Shown here: positions 20,527 to 30,654 of the stretch, one piece after another
How the letters are laid out: each line of letters starts with the position of its first letter
Position numbering within the stretch: position 1 is the stretch's first letter
IMG/VR virus record: IMGVR_UViG_3300009370_000022
Length of the DNA stretch: 64,000 bases
DNA from: an uncultured virus (IMG/VR IMGVR_UViG_3300009370_000022)
Lineage: Duplodnaviria > Heunggongvirae > Uroviricota > Caudoviricetes
Reading direction: 5' to 3' (one strand)
Program-made: the position numbers and the translations under genes
Notes under the pieces: model-generated
The model's database searches: none
What the model saw: only the letters and a program-made list of their open reading frames with translations
Told to the model about the DNA's origin: nothing

Positions 20527-22688
20527 TATCTTCTGCCTCCTGCATTAATATCTAATCTAAAAGTTCCCATTCTCCAACTCTCTCCTGTTCCTATATTCCC
20601 TATTTTCAACGCAATTTGTCGAGCTCGTTTTCTAGTCCAAATTTGGGTAGTACTGGTAGTGGATGCATAAGAAGTTGATACCGCGGCGGCATTAGGAAAT
20701 GTTTTAGAATTTAAATAAACTTTAGCGTCTCCTGTTTGTTGACCAAAGTCAGGAATAATTCTACTTACTCTCATAATATATTCTCCTTGTCCTTGAATAC
20801 CTTCTTGTCTACTGATGTCATAGTCTCCTGATTCTACATAACCTTGAATAGCTGTAGTAGTTCCATTAGCTTTAACTTGGTCGGTTCCTATATTATGCTG
20901 CCAAAAATAACTGGCTCCATTAGTAACTCCACCGACACTTGGGTAAGTAGGAGCTTCTCCTGTTTCATATTCGGTTGCATAAGGATTAGAATAAATTCCT
21001 TGTTGGACCCATGTAGTTCTATCTAAAGAAGATGTATACCAAATAGGTCTATCAGGAGTAGACTCTAAATAATTGTATGTAACTGATCTATCTACATAAC
21101 TTGACCCACTACTACAATAAAACCACGTGACTTCACCAAATATATTATCTACCGCTGCATGAATTTGTTGATTAGCACTAGCATTAATATCTTCAAAGAC
21201 ATAATCTTCTACTAAACATAACATACTTTCTACACGACCGCCGGCAAATCTAAAGAAGCCGTTAGGGCCCATCCAATAAGCAATACCATCAATCTCTACG
21301 GCAGCATGTTGACTAGAAATACCACAGTTAGTTCCCACTTGATCAAATCCAAAAGTAAATGGAGGACCAATAAATCTCATAGTAAACATAGCTGTATCGG
21401 ACCAGATATATAAAGCAGTTCTACCTGTAGTACATGCCATTAATTTAGAACCATCGGGTAAGGTTTGACTACCAGCTGTGTTAGTTGCGGTAGGGGTATA
21501 CGTATTAATATCTTCTTGATCAGAAAATCTTACAAACATCTCATTTTGAGAAGTAGATGTTCCTATTGTTTCTTCGGTACCAATAAATACTAAGTGTCTA
21601 TCTGGAGTAGATACCATCATATCTCTAGAAGCGGTAGGTGCTCCGGACACCACTGTTGCTCTTACTGACAGATTAGCGAATGAAGGATTCCATTCAAATA
21701 CTTTTTTATTATGAACTAATGCTAAAAGTTTTTCTCCATAATTAGTTAATCTCCATTGACCGGGTTCAATAACTACGTGAGAAGAAGAACTTGCACTGCC
21801 CCAACCTACATAACTGGTTGCATCATACACTGTATCGCCAGCGGTGTGGGCAGCTCGTGTGCTTCCACTCGCTGCTCTAGTAATTCCTGTAATAGTATTA
21901 GTTCCTGTATTATTTCCAGTATAACTAATGAGTTCACTGCCTATCTGAATAGTACCTGACGGAGAAGAAAAAGCTGATGTTGAGGTTAATGTAATTTCTG
22001 TGGAAGGAGAGCCTCCAGTCCCAAAAGCATCATTTCCTAAATTTCCAACGAGTGTCGTTAAAGTAGGAGGAACTACTCTACCACCATAAGTATTAGTGCC
22101 CCAACCATAACCATAACCTTGTGTGATTGGACCAATAATATAATAAAAGTTTACATCTACACTTCCCCCAGTAGCCGCTGATCCTGCGCTTGCTGAGGTA
22201 ATAGTAAAAGTGGTAGGAGTAGGTGTTGTAATAATTTCAAATAATTTATTTTCAAAATCGGCGTCTGTAAGTCCTGTACCACCAGGTAAAGTTACTGCAT
22301 CTAGTAATATAATATCTCCTACGGATGCTCCGTGGGCCGTGGACGTTGTAATAGTGACCGAGGTTGTACCATCAAAGGTCCATGTAGCAGTGCTTTGTTT
22401 ACGGGTAGCATCTAAAGGGGTAATGTCATAGAAAGCACCTTCAAAATAGATATACAGCATTTTATTAGTACCAATAGCCGCGTACCTATTGCCATCATTA
22501 TCTACCCATACGTGCTGATCTCTCCCAGCACCTACTAAAAGATCACTTCCTAACTGAGACCATCCACCTATTTTTTCAGGATAACCATATCGAAACCGAG
22601 CATAGTCGGCGTTGACCCATTTTCCTTCGGCTCCAGTGTCTGATGATTGTTTATCTAAACCTGGTTGTAGTGTAATTTTATGAAGCAT
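20526..22688 (-). CDS. Tail nozzle/packaged-DNA stabilisation protein (beta-propeller type)
   Basis: About 720 aa, beta-rich; RFRYGYPEKIGGW, VRFSDQED; GGAG RBS before the ATG at 22688. Confidence 0.75.
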   Translation of the reverse strand: MLHKITLQPGLDKQSSDTGAEGKWVNADYARFRYGYPEKIGGWSQLGSDLLVGAGRDQHVWVDNDGNRYAAIGTNKMLYIYFEGAFYDITPLDATRKQSTATWTFDGTTSVTITTSTAHGASVGDIILLDAVTLPGGTGLTDADFENKLFEIITTPTPTTFTITSASAGSAATGGSVDVNFYYIIGPITQGYGYGWGTNTYGGRVVPPTLTTLVGNLGNDAFGTGGSPSTEITLTSTSAFSSPSGTIQIGSELISYTGNNTGTNTITGITRAASGSTRAAHTAGDTVYDATSYVGWGSASSSSHVVIEPGQWRLTNYGEKLLALVHNKKVFEWNPSFANLSVRATVVSGAPTASRDMMVSTPDRHLVFIGTEETIGTSTSQNEMFVRFSDQEDINTYTPTATNTAGSQTLPDGSKLMACTTGRTALYIWSDTAMFTMRFIGPPFTFGFDQVGTNCGISSQHAAVEIDGIAYWMGPNGFFRFAGGRVESMLCLVEDYVFEDINASANQQIHAAVDNIFGEVTWFYCSSGSSYVDRSVTYNYLESTPDRPIWYTSSLDRTTWVQQGIYSNPYATEYETGEAPTYPSVGGVTNGASYFWQHNIGTDQVKANGTTTAIQGYVESGDYDISRQEGIQGQGEYIMRVSRIIPDFGQQTGDAKVYLNSKTFPNAAAVSTSYASTTSTTQIWTRKRARQIALKIGNIGTGESWRMGTFRLDINAGGRR

Positions 22689-22729
22689 ATAACTCTCCAA
22701 GAGTAAAATATACTACATTTAACCTATAA

Positions 22730-23359
22730 TCAATTAGATTTAAAGCCTTTATACCAAGCAGGAAGTCCTAAAAATGGACGTTTATCAAATTCATTTTCTT
22801 TAGCTAGTTTAGAACCTTTTTTATTATAGTGTAAAAATACTTGCCCACAATTTTTTCCACTAAATTCTTCTCGCCAATGTTCAAGATCACATCCAGAATA
22901 AAGAAGCATATCTCCTGGTTTTAAATCTATTTTAATACCTGCCTGCCCTTTTTTACCGGTTGGATCTAAATAAATAGGCCAGGGATCTCCTCCTAAATGT
23001 AAAGTAGTGGAGACCTCACAAGAATATCTATCTTTATGTCTAGCAAGTATATCTCCTTGTTTATATATTCTTGCATAGGAATATGTAGGACTTAATTTAA
23101 GCGCGGTATGTTTTTCCATAACGGGTTGAACTTTTTGTAATAAAGTTTCCATAACTAAATCTGCATAATGAGAATAAGTATTAGGGACTTGCTGATCATT
23201 CCATACTCCCAAATATTCTGTAAAAGGTGATATGTATCTAGAATCAAATAAAAATCTGGTTACCTTTCTTTTATTTAGAAAATAAGCAAAACAGAAGTCT
23301 GCCATTTCTCTATTAATAGCTCCTTTTAACACTGTATATTTATTTTTTTTGAACGACAT
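22730..23359 (-). CDS. 2OG-Fe(II) oxygenase
   Basis: HKDR (HxD), GDMLLYSG..LEHWRE. Confidence 0.85.
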   Translation of the reverse strand: MSFKKNKYTVLKGAINREMADFCFAYFLNKRKVTRFLFDSRYISPFTEYLGVWNDQQVPNTYSHYADLVMETLLQKVQPVMEKHTALKLSPTYSYARIYKQGDILARHKDRYSCEVSTTLHLGGDPWPIYLDPTGKKGQAGIKIDLKPGDMLLYSGCDLEHWREEFSGKNCGQVFLHYNKKGSKLAKENEFDKRPFLGLPAWYKGFKSN

Positions 23360-24092
23360 TTAATACTCCTTTCGGTATAGCCTGACAGTTAAAATGTATA
23401 AATCTAAAGGGTTCATAGCCCATATCCACCGCATACATATGTGGCAGATACGATGGAAAGAATATCATCCTTCCAGGTTTTACTGTATAATTAACTTGAT
23501 TACTAGCATAAGTTATTTTAGCTGTGTCTTTTTGAGGTAGAAGATTCATTACATTCCCCGCTCTTGGGTCTTCGAATATAGGTCGTGATGTTTTCTCGCT
23601 GGCTTTTAAAAAATAGAATCCTGAGATATGACCATTCCAGTGAGTGTGTAAGGTATGGTGACCTCCCCCTTTTTTAGCAAATTCTTGAACCCACAGTTCT
23701 GTTAGAAAAATTTGATGATGAGTTAAATCAAAACCCATCTCTATCAATAGATTGTGAGCCGTGGCTCCTATATAATTTTGTAGGTCCAAAAAATGAGGGT
23801 CTCCTATTAAACTTGTTGAATGAAAAACATGGCCCATATCGCCATGGTCCCCAAACTTTTTATTTCTTTTATCTATATCTTTTTTTAAATTTTTCTTAGA
23901 CTCTTCTATATATTTATCAGATGCTGTATTTAAATCTTTCACCAATTCAGGTGCGTCCCCAAACCATATAGGGCATTTAAAATAATCTTCTAAAGATAAT
24001 TGTTTAGGAAATGTTTTAGCACTTCCACACGATATTTTTTCAAAGTCTTCTTTGCGTCTTTTATTTCTAACTTTCTTCTGTTTCTTTTTCAT
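23340..24092 (-). CDS. 2OG-Fe(II) oxygenase (TIGR02466-like)
   Basis: HTH..HISGFYFL, FEDPR, FFPSYLPH. Confidence 0.85.
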   Translation of the reverse strand: MKKKQKKVRNKRRKEDFEKISCGSAKTFPKQLSLEDYFKCPIWFGDAPELVKDLNTASDKYIEESKKNLKKDIDKRNKKFGDHGDMGHVFHSTSLIGDPHFLDLQNYIGATAHNLLIEMGFDLTHHQIFLTELWVQEFAKKGGGHHTLHTHWNGHISGFYFLKASEKTSRPIFEDPRAGNVMNLLPQKDTAKITYASNQVNYTVKPGRMIFFPSYLPHMYAVDMGYEPFRFIHFNCQAIPKGVLNVVQKK

Positions 24093-24100
24093 GTTCTCCT

Positions 24101-24733
24101 TTATTTATATGGCCACCCTAAATTCCAGATAACCAAACTATGTCTAGATCCTTTTTTAACTGGACATACTCTATGCCAAACAAACCCAGGAAACACAACT
24201 AAGGACCCTTTAGGTAATATTTCTTTACATTTTTTAATGTGACGTTTTTTATCCGGATCATAGTTTCTAAAATCAAATTCTAATTCACCACCTTTATAGT
24301 CTTTTGGATCGGATAAAGTTAAAGTTACAGATAGTTTTCTAATCCTGCCGTTTGCTGGGTCTTTACCGGGCTTTTGATAAGGTTTGTCCCAACCATCACA
24401 ATGCCAACCATAATATTGCCCTTTATTATATTTTGTAAATTGACAAGATTCTGACCAATCCCATTGAAAATTCCATCCTGCATTTTGATTTGCTCTGTGA
24501 ACATAGGGGTGAATTTCACTATATATCCACCTATCATTCATCCAGACCACATTGGAATCTCTTTTCTTTTTTAAATCTTTAATTTGTTGGTTACTTAATT
24601 TTTTAGGATTAGAACCTAGACCTCCTGTCAATGCCATTTGATCTTGTAGTTGTTTTCCATATCGTACAATATCATCACAGATTCTTTCAGGAACTGCTGA
24701 TTCAAAATACCAAAAATAGTGTGTTAAATTCAT
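24101..24733 (-). CDS. 2OG-Fe(II) oxygenase, prolyl-4-hydroxylase-like
   Basis: QFTKY, WHCD, RKLS, GGELE, FP..VWHRV.PV..G.R.SLV.W. Confidence 0.9.
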   Translation of the reverse strand: MNLTHYFWYFESAVPERICDDIVRYGKQLQDQMALTGGLGSNPKKLSNQQIKDLKKKRDSNVVWMNDRWIYSEIHPYVHRANQNAGWNFQWDWSESCQFTKYNKGQYYGWHCDGWDKPYQKPGKDPANGRIRKLSVTLTLSDPKDYKGGELEFDFRNYDPDKKRHIKKCKEILPKGSLVVFPGFVWHRVCPVKKGSRHSLVIWNLGWPYK

Positions 24734-24800
24734 ATGTCTTTATACATTGATTTTATATTAATTAAAACACAGAGTAAAGAAAAATATTAATCTAGATCAC

Positions 24801-25361
24801 TTATTTAAAATTTAAAATTAATATTATTCTCTGTTTTCCCTCCTCACAAAAAGAATTAGCGTGATAATATTGGCCATTAAAACAGATTATTTTACCTTGT
24901 TCCGGAGAGATAGTCTTTAAAACTTTAAAGTGAGGCTTTTCCTCCACCGGATATACTTGTGTATTTTTTTGATATTTTTTATCAAAAATTATAGTGTCCC
25001 CCGTGGTCTTATTTAGATACATTATACATACTTTATGAGATGAGGGCCAATCTACATGAGGATCAGAATATGCAAATCTTTTGTCGGCAAAAGTAAGATT
25101 TAAAGAACCTCTCAATATTTCCTTACATTTCAAGTTATGATCTTTTAGAAATCTTTTAAAAATATTTTCAAAAAAAGGAAATACTCCAGAATTAATCTTC
25201 TTCTCATGTCTTTTAATTAAGCTATGCGACATAAAAAAGAACTTATTAGTGGTAGGATTAGGATGAAGATACCAAGGAAAAGTATTCTTTAAAATATCTC
25301 TTTCGATGGTAATTATCTCTTCTTGTGTAAAAAATAGTCTACTTTCTTTGTAATGTAACAT
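24801..25361 (-). CDS. 2OG-Fe(II) oxygenase
   Basis: PHVD, YLN..GDT, FNGQYYHA, RIILILNF. Confidence 0.85.
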   Translation of the reverse strand: MLHYKESRLFFTQEEIITIERDILKNTFPWYLHPNPTTNKFFFMSHSLIKRHEKKINSGVFPFFENIFKRFLKDHNLKCKEILRGSLNLTFADKRFAYSDPHVDWPSSHKVCIMYLNKTTGDTIIFDKKYQKNTQVYPVEEKPHFKVLKTISPEQGKIICFNGQYYHANSFCEEGKQRIILILNFK

Positions 25362-25367
25362 TCCTAA

Positions 25368-27071
25368 TTAAGGTTGTATTATCAAATTTCCACTCGCTTT
25401 AAAAGTTAATAATGTACATCCCCCAGCTGGTGCCGGTAAAGTTGTTTTAGTATTCGCTCCTGCAGGTCCTGTTCCTGTTACACTTAATGTAGGTCCTGAA
25501 GGGCCCGGTGCTCTTAAAATAACGATTCCTGATCCACCTGCAGCACCATTTCCACCTCCACCTCCTCCAGTGTTAACTGTTCCTGCTACAGCGGCTACAG
25601 CATAGCTTCCTCCACAACCACCTCCACCTTGTCCACCAGATGAAACAGGGTCCGGAGCTAAATTTGTTTGGGCTCCACCTCCACCCCCAGCATACCATAC
25701 TGGTGATCCCGTAATTGAATTAGGTAATCCTGCACCACCGTCTCCACCACCTGAACCGGTTCCAGCTTGTCCAGCACCGCCGGCTCCACCACCACCTCCA
25801 GATGCATATGCCGGAGGACTTCCTCCAGCACCATTTCCTCCTGGATTTCCTTGGCCTGGTGGGCTCGCAGGTCCTCCAACTCCAGCTACATTACTCGAGT
25901 CAGCGTAAGAAGCACCACCTCCTGAACCTCCGGCTCTTCCAGCAGTGATAGCGGCAGGTTGACTTGATCTACCTGATCCACCACCTCCTGTAGAAGTAAT
26001 AGTTGAAAATACTGAATCATCTCCATCTGCACCTTGAGAGCATGGGGATGGTGCTCCTCCAGCTCCTATTACAATTGGATGAGTTCCATCAGCTAATTCA
26101 ATTTTTGATCCACCGGGAAATGAAGTACGGTATCCACCTGCTCCTCCACCACCTTCAACGTTAGTTTTACCTCCACCACCTCCTCCAGCGACTACTAAAT
26201 AGTCGAAGGAAACAGGAGAGGCTAATAATCTTGGCCATGTCCCTGCTCCTTGAGCTTGAAATTGTGATTGCATTGACCACACACCACTTGCTTTACATAA
26301 TTCTTTTACGATGACTATTCCTGATCCGCCTGCACCTCCAGCTCCGGGAGCACATCCACCACCACCGCCGCCACCACCGCCAGGGCCTCCTGCAGAACTT
26401 GCACTTTGACCACCACCTCCGCCACCACCAGAGTAAACTACACATCCTCCTGATAAATTACTTGGACTTCCAGCTCCGCCACATCCTACTTGTGATGTAG
26501 TTGCCGTTGTACCCACACCACCGGCTCCACCGCCACCGCCACCACCTCTATTTCTAGGTCCTGATTCTGTTCCATTTCCATCTCCCCCAGTATTTCCTTG
26601 AGGAGGAGTTGTAGCAGGATCATTTCCAGTTCCTCCAGCTACTTTACAAACTACACCACCTCCGCCACCTCCAGAACCTCCGGGGCCTGGAGCTGGAGCA
26701 CAGATTCCTCTTCCTTCTCCGCCACCAGTTGATGTAAATGTTGAAAAACTTGAATCACTTCCTTGGGTTGCTGCGGTTGCTCCAGGTACACCTGCGCCGC
26801 CAGCACCAACTACTACTGGATATGGAGTATTTCCACATACCGGAAATGCGGTGCATGTTCTATAACCTCCGCCACCACCACCGCCACCTCTATCTCCTGG
26901 TGCTCCACCACCTCCAGCAACAACTAAAGTTTCAATAAGTGTAGTTCCTGGTTGTGTAGTGAGAGTTGTTGATCCGGTACAAGTTGTAGATGTAACTGTA
27001 TTTTTTCCAAACGAAGCTTTATTCGTTTTTCCTATTATACCGCCGTTTGCTGATCCTGAAGGACTAGCCAT
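25368..27071 (-). CDS. Glycine-rich virion protein (2 modules)
   Basis: Repeated LVVAGGG...GGGGAGGYRT...GGSGIVI modules. Confidence 0.8.
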   Translation of the reverse strand: MASPSGSANGGIIGKTNKASFGKNTVTSTTCTGSTTLTTQPGTTLIETLVVAGGGGAPGDRGGGGGGGGYRTCTAFPVCGNTPYPVVVGAGGAGVPGATAATQGSDSSFSTFTSTGGGEGRGICAPAPGPGGSGGGGGGVVCKVAGGTGNDPATTPPQGNTGGDGNGTESGPRNRGGGGGGGAGGVGTTATTSQVGCGGAGSPSNLSGGCVVYSGGGGGGGQSASSAGGPGGGGGGGGGCAPGAGGAGGSGIVIVKELCKASGVWSMQSQFQAQGAGTWPRLLASPVSFDYLVVAGGGGGGKTNVEGGGGAGGYRTSFPGGSKIELADGTHPIVIGAGGAPSPCSQGADGDDSVFSTITSTGGGGSGRSSQPAAITAGRAGGSGGGASYADSSNVAGVGGPASPPGQGNPGGNGAGGSPPAYASGGGGGAGGAGQAGTGSGGGDGGAGLPNSITGSPVWYAGGGGGAQTNLAPDPVSSGGQGGGGCGGSYAVAAVAGTVNTGGGGGGNGAAGGSGIVILRAPGPSGPTLSVTGTGPAGANTKTTLPAPAGGCTLLTFKASGNLIIQP

Positions 27072-27081
27072 ATGAGTCTCC

Positions 27082-27534
27082 TTATGCGGATACCCAAGCT
27101 AGCGCTGATGCATCCCAATTAAAATTATTTATTGGATCTTCTTGATCTCTTGCAGTCCATTTTTGTCCTGCTTCATCCCAACTAATAATATACTTTTTAG
27201 CAGGGTCACCATATTCTGTAACTGTTGGATAAGTAACTGGCGCTTGCCAATCATCATTTCCATCTAATGCCCAAGATGCGTAAGGTTGAGGTGAAATAAA
27301 TTTATCTTTGGCAAAGTCATAAGTATAACCTTTGCCTGCATATTGTTTTCTAAAATTGTTATTATAAGAAGTTTGTTTCCAAGTTCCACCTTTGAAAAAA
27401 TTAATACACCATGTTTCACCATCAACATGCATATCATTTTCTCCTAAAGGACCTGCTGCTGTTGTAACATCATTAGCCACAACAACCACTCTTGTTACTG
27501 TATTATTACCATCTAATTCTGCAAAATGTGCCAT
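27082..27534 (-). CDS. Conserved partner of the Gly-rich proteins
   Basis: MAHFAEL..., WKQTSYN..FRKQYAG.GYTYD, PQPYASW. Confidence 0.7.
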   Translation of the reverse strand: MAHFAELDGNNTVTRVVVVANDVTTAAGPLGENDMHVDGETWCINFFKGGTWKQTSYNNNFRKQYAGKGYTYDFAKDKFISPQPYASWALDGNDDWQAPVTYPTVTEYGDPAKKYIISWDEAGQKWTARDQEDPINNFNWDASALAWVSA

Positions 27535-27573
27535 ATTTATACTCCTTAAATTTATATTTATAATCTAATTTTT

Positions 27574-30237
27574 CTACAGTGTCAATGTACCAGATACAGT
27601 AAAAGTTGCAACAGTGCAAGATCCTACTACTGTTGTTGTATTAGTTCCTGGTGCTACTGCAAAAGACGCGGGTTTACAGGCTGTTGCCATTCTTAAAATA
27701 ACGACTCCATCACCACCTGCTCCTGCGGTTACGCCACCTCCACCGCCACCACCTAAATTAGTAGTTCCAGCTGTTCCAGCTGGGTTTCCACCAGCTCCAC
27801 CTCCACCGGTTCCACCAGAACCATGAGGTACAGATGCTCCGGGTTCAGCTCTACCACCACCTCCACCACCAAATACTGTTCCTCCTGGAAAAGCTGGTGC
27901 TATTAAATTTGTTAATCCATCTCCTCCATCGCCTGCTTGAGGTCCACTTCCATTACATCCGACTGCAGATGCACCACCACCTCCACCACCTCTTGCTCCA
28001 GGGCCAGGATCATTTCCTTGTCCTCCAGCATAACCTTGAACAGGACTAACTGGTGTACTTACAGCTGGAGTATTTCCTGCTCCAAAAGCAGAAGCTCCTG
28101 GGGGAGCTGTTCTTCCTCCTCCACCGGATCCTCCGGCACCACCATCTACACTACAATAACCACCATATCCACCACCAGTTGAAGTTATATATCCTGCGAT
28201 AGAATCTGTTCCAGAAACAGTAGCAGCTCCACCACCTCCAACTGTAATTGTATTTGGTCCTGGACTTAAATATAATTTTGTTCCACCAGGGAACGAAGTT
28301 CTATAACCACCAGCTCCACCTCCACCAGATCCTCCTCCAGGACCTCCACCGCCAGCACCAGAAGAACCTCCACCACCTCCCCCAGCTACTACTAAATAAT
28401 CTAAACCATTAGCAGGTACACAACTAATTGTTAAATTAGCTGATGCATTAAATTTTGCTACAAACGTTGATGTGCCACCATCAGGAGATTGAACAGGTGC
28501 ACATGCACTGTCTGTTGATAAATATTGACTTGATCTTAAAATTACGACTCCTGATCCACCAGTTCCAGCACCGGTAGTATTTGTGAAAGTCGGATTAGCT
28601 GTTGCTGCTCCACCTCCACCTCCAGTGTTGACTGTTCCATTTTCTCCATCAGTTCCAGGCCATGTCCCTGCATCTCCACCTCCACCAGGACCTCCGGCTG
28701 AACCACACGCACTACTGATTGGACCCGATGTTGGTGCTATATTGGAAGCTCCTCCACCACCAGCGTATGTTACTGACGTTCCTGTAATACTATTTGCTGC
28801 ACCACTTCCTCCGATACCAGTACTTGTAGGTTTACCTACATTACCAACACCACCGGCTCCACCTCCTCCGCCACCACTCGTACCCCAGCTTCCTGGCGAA
28901 GCAATATTTCCTCCAGCATTTCCTTCGGGCGGACTATATCCTCCCGCATTTCCTGGTCCACCTAGACCTGGATATCTCGGTGATGGAGTACATGTTCCTG
29001 CTCCGGCACCACCACCTGAACCACCTGGTTGTCCGGCTCTACCACAATTACTACCAGCATTACCCCCGGCACTTGTTGAAATTTTTGTACTACCTTCTAC
29101 CCCTGCTGGATTAAAAACTGAACTACTTCCAGCACCTCCAACAGTTACGGTATAAGTTCCCCATTGTAAAGGTATGGCCGAAACGGTAGGAGCACAATAA
29201 GAAGTTCTATAACCTCCAGCACCTCCACCACCACCTATACCTCCACTTCCACCACCGGCCACTACTAAATAATCTAAATCTGCATAATTATAAACCCAAT
29301 TATCATTTTTTACGAAATCATATACGGTGTTCATTGACCAAACACCTGGTGCGCTTGCAGGTATTTCCTTTGCGGGTTCTTTTACAAGAACTACACCTTT
29401 TCCACCTGAGGCTCCATTTCCACCACCACCACCACTGTTTTCAATTCCTGCGGCTCCTCCACCAGGAGCACCATTTCCACCACCGCCCGGTCCACCTGCT
29501 CCAGCATTACAGCCCATACCTCCACCACCTCCCGAATAAACTCCGTTAGTTGGTGAATAAAAAGGTTGAGGAGAACATCCAAATATAGATGTAACGGGTG
29601 AACCATTACCTCCATCTCCAGCAGTGCCAGGAGCTGGTATAGCTGCACATACTCCTGCAGTTGATGCTCCACCTCCACCACCTTGTTGTCCGGCAACACC
29701 TGGTTGATGCATTCCTTTACCGCCAGGATTACCTTGAGGCGGACTTGTAGAAGGAGTATTACCTGCTCCTCCAGCGTTGTTAGGTTCACATGCAAGAGAA
29801 GAACTACCCCCACCACCACCTGATCCACCAGTACTTCCTGCATCTCCTGATGGTCCTCCACCATTACCACCAGCACCACCTGCTGTTGAGGTAAACATAG
29901 TGGTTCCTTCAGAACCTCCTGGATTAAAAACTGAATCTGTTCCGTTACTTCCAGCGGCTCCTCCACCACCTACTGATATTGGATAAGGAGATGCACCCGA
30001 AACCGGTACTGCGCAATTTGTTCTAAACCCGCCAGCTCCGCCTCCGCCGGCATAATTATTATTAGGGCCAGCTCCACCGCCTCCACCACCAGCAACAACT
30101 AATACGCTGACTTCTGTAGTTGCGGGTTGTGTAGTGAGTGTACCTGTTGCGTTAAAACCTGTAATGAGTTCTGCTTGACTTGAAGCCGCAGCAACTGTGT
30201 TGGGTGGTCCAATTATTCCGCCATTTCCTTGCGCCAT
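27574..30237 (-). CDS. Glycine-rich virion protein (3 modules)
   Basis: Three VVAGGG...GG.GVV modules; same NGGIIG N-terminus and GVWSM linker as 25368-27071. Confidence 0.8.
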   Translation of the reverse strand: MAQGNGGIIGPPNTVAAASSQAELITGFNATGTLTTQPATTEVSVLVVAGGGGGGAGPNNNYAGGGGAGGFRTNCAVPVSGASPYPISVGGGGAAGSNGTDSVFNPGGSEGTTMFTSTAGGAGGNGGGPSGDAGSTGGSGGGGGSSSLACEPNNAGGAGNTPSTSPPQGNPGGKGMHQPGVAGQQGGGGGASTAGVCAAIPAPGTAGDGGNGSPVTSIFGCSPQPFYSPTNGVYSGGGGGMGCNAGAGGPGGGGNGAPGGGAAGIENSGGGGGNGASGGKGVVLVKEPAKEIPASAPGVWSMNTVYDFVKNDNWVYNYADLDYLVVAGGGSGGIGGGGGAGGYRTSYCAPTVSAIPLQWGTYTVTVGGAGSSSVFNPAGVEGSTKISTSAGGNAGSNCGRAGQPGGSGGGAGAGTCTPSPRYPGLGGPGNAGGYSPPEGNAGGNIASPGSWGTSGGGGGGAGGVGNVGKPTSTGIGGSGAANSITGTSVTYAGGGGASNIAPTSGPISSACGSAGGPGGGGDAGTWPGTDGENGTVNTGGGGGAATANPTFTNTTGAGTGGSGVVILRSSQYLSTDSACAPVQSPDGGTSTFVAKFNASANLTISCVPANGLDYLVVAGGGGGGSSGAGGGGPGGGSGGGGAGGYRTSFPGGTKLYLSPGPNTITVGGGGAATVSGTDSIAGYITSTGGGYGGYCSVDGGAGGSGGGGRTAPPGASAFGAGNTPAVSTPVSPVQGYAGGQGNDPGPGARGGGGGGASAVGCNGSGPQAGDGGDGLTNLIAPAFPGGTVFGGGGGGRAEPGASVPHGSGGTGGGGAGGNPAGTAGTTNLGGGGGGGVTAGAGGDGVVILRMATACKPASFAVAPGTNTTTVVGSCTVATFTVSGTLTL

Positions 30238-30249
30238 AATTTAAACCTC

Positions 30250-30642
30250 CTACGCGTCTGTCAGTAATTCAAATGTAATTGTAAGATCTAAATCCCCTGA
30301 AGCACTAGCTTGTGCTTGTAAGTTGTCTCCTTCTCTTAAGTAGATAGGAGTATCAGTAATTACTAGAGAAGCATCTGCTGGTACTGAAATTGTTTTTGCT
30401 AAATAAGTTGTTGCATCCGCACCAGTAACTGTCGTGTTTGGAAAAGCTTGTGAGGCTGTAACAATAGCTACATCAACATCAGCTGCATTTGTTCCATCAA
30501 CATTTGCCACCACGATTCTATTAATTTTTAAAAGATAACCAGTATCAGGATCTATTAAATTAACTAATCCTCCTGTAGGAAGATTCCATCCTAAAGAGCC
30601 TGCTGTTATACCTGTTACGTTTACTATATTTGGGTTTGCCAT
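30250..30642 (-). CDS. Small virion protein
   Basis: MANPNIVNV..., ISVPADASL, IYLREGD. Confidence 0.7.
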   Translation of the reverse strand: MANPNIVNVTGITAGSLGWNLPTGGLVNLIDPDTGYLLKINRIVVANVDGTNAADVDVAIVTASQAFPNTTVTGADATTYLAKTISVPADASLVITDTPIYLREGDNLQAQASASGDLDLTITFELLTDA

Positions 30643-30654
30643 AATTTACTCCTT

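Noticed and set aside
10034..22431. Many short plus-strand ORFs over large minus-strand genes
   Set aside because: Antisense shadows lacking RBSs; the same applies at 44105-51534.
25658..29986. Pro-rich and His-rich alternative ORFs
   Set aside because: Antisense and shifted-frame shadows of the Gly-rich genes.
25368..30237. Diversity-generating retroelement target/template pair
   Set aside because: No reverse transcriptase in the window, and I saw no adenine-specific near-identical repeat pair.
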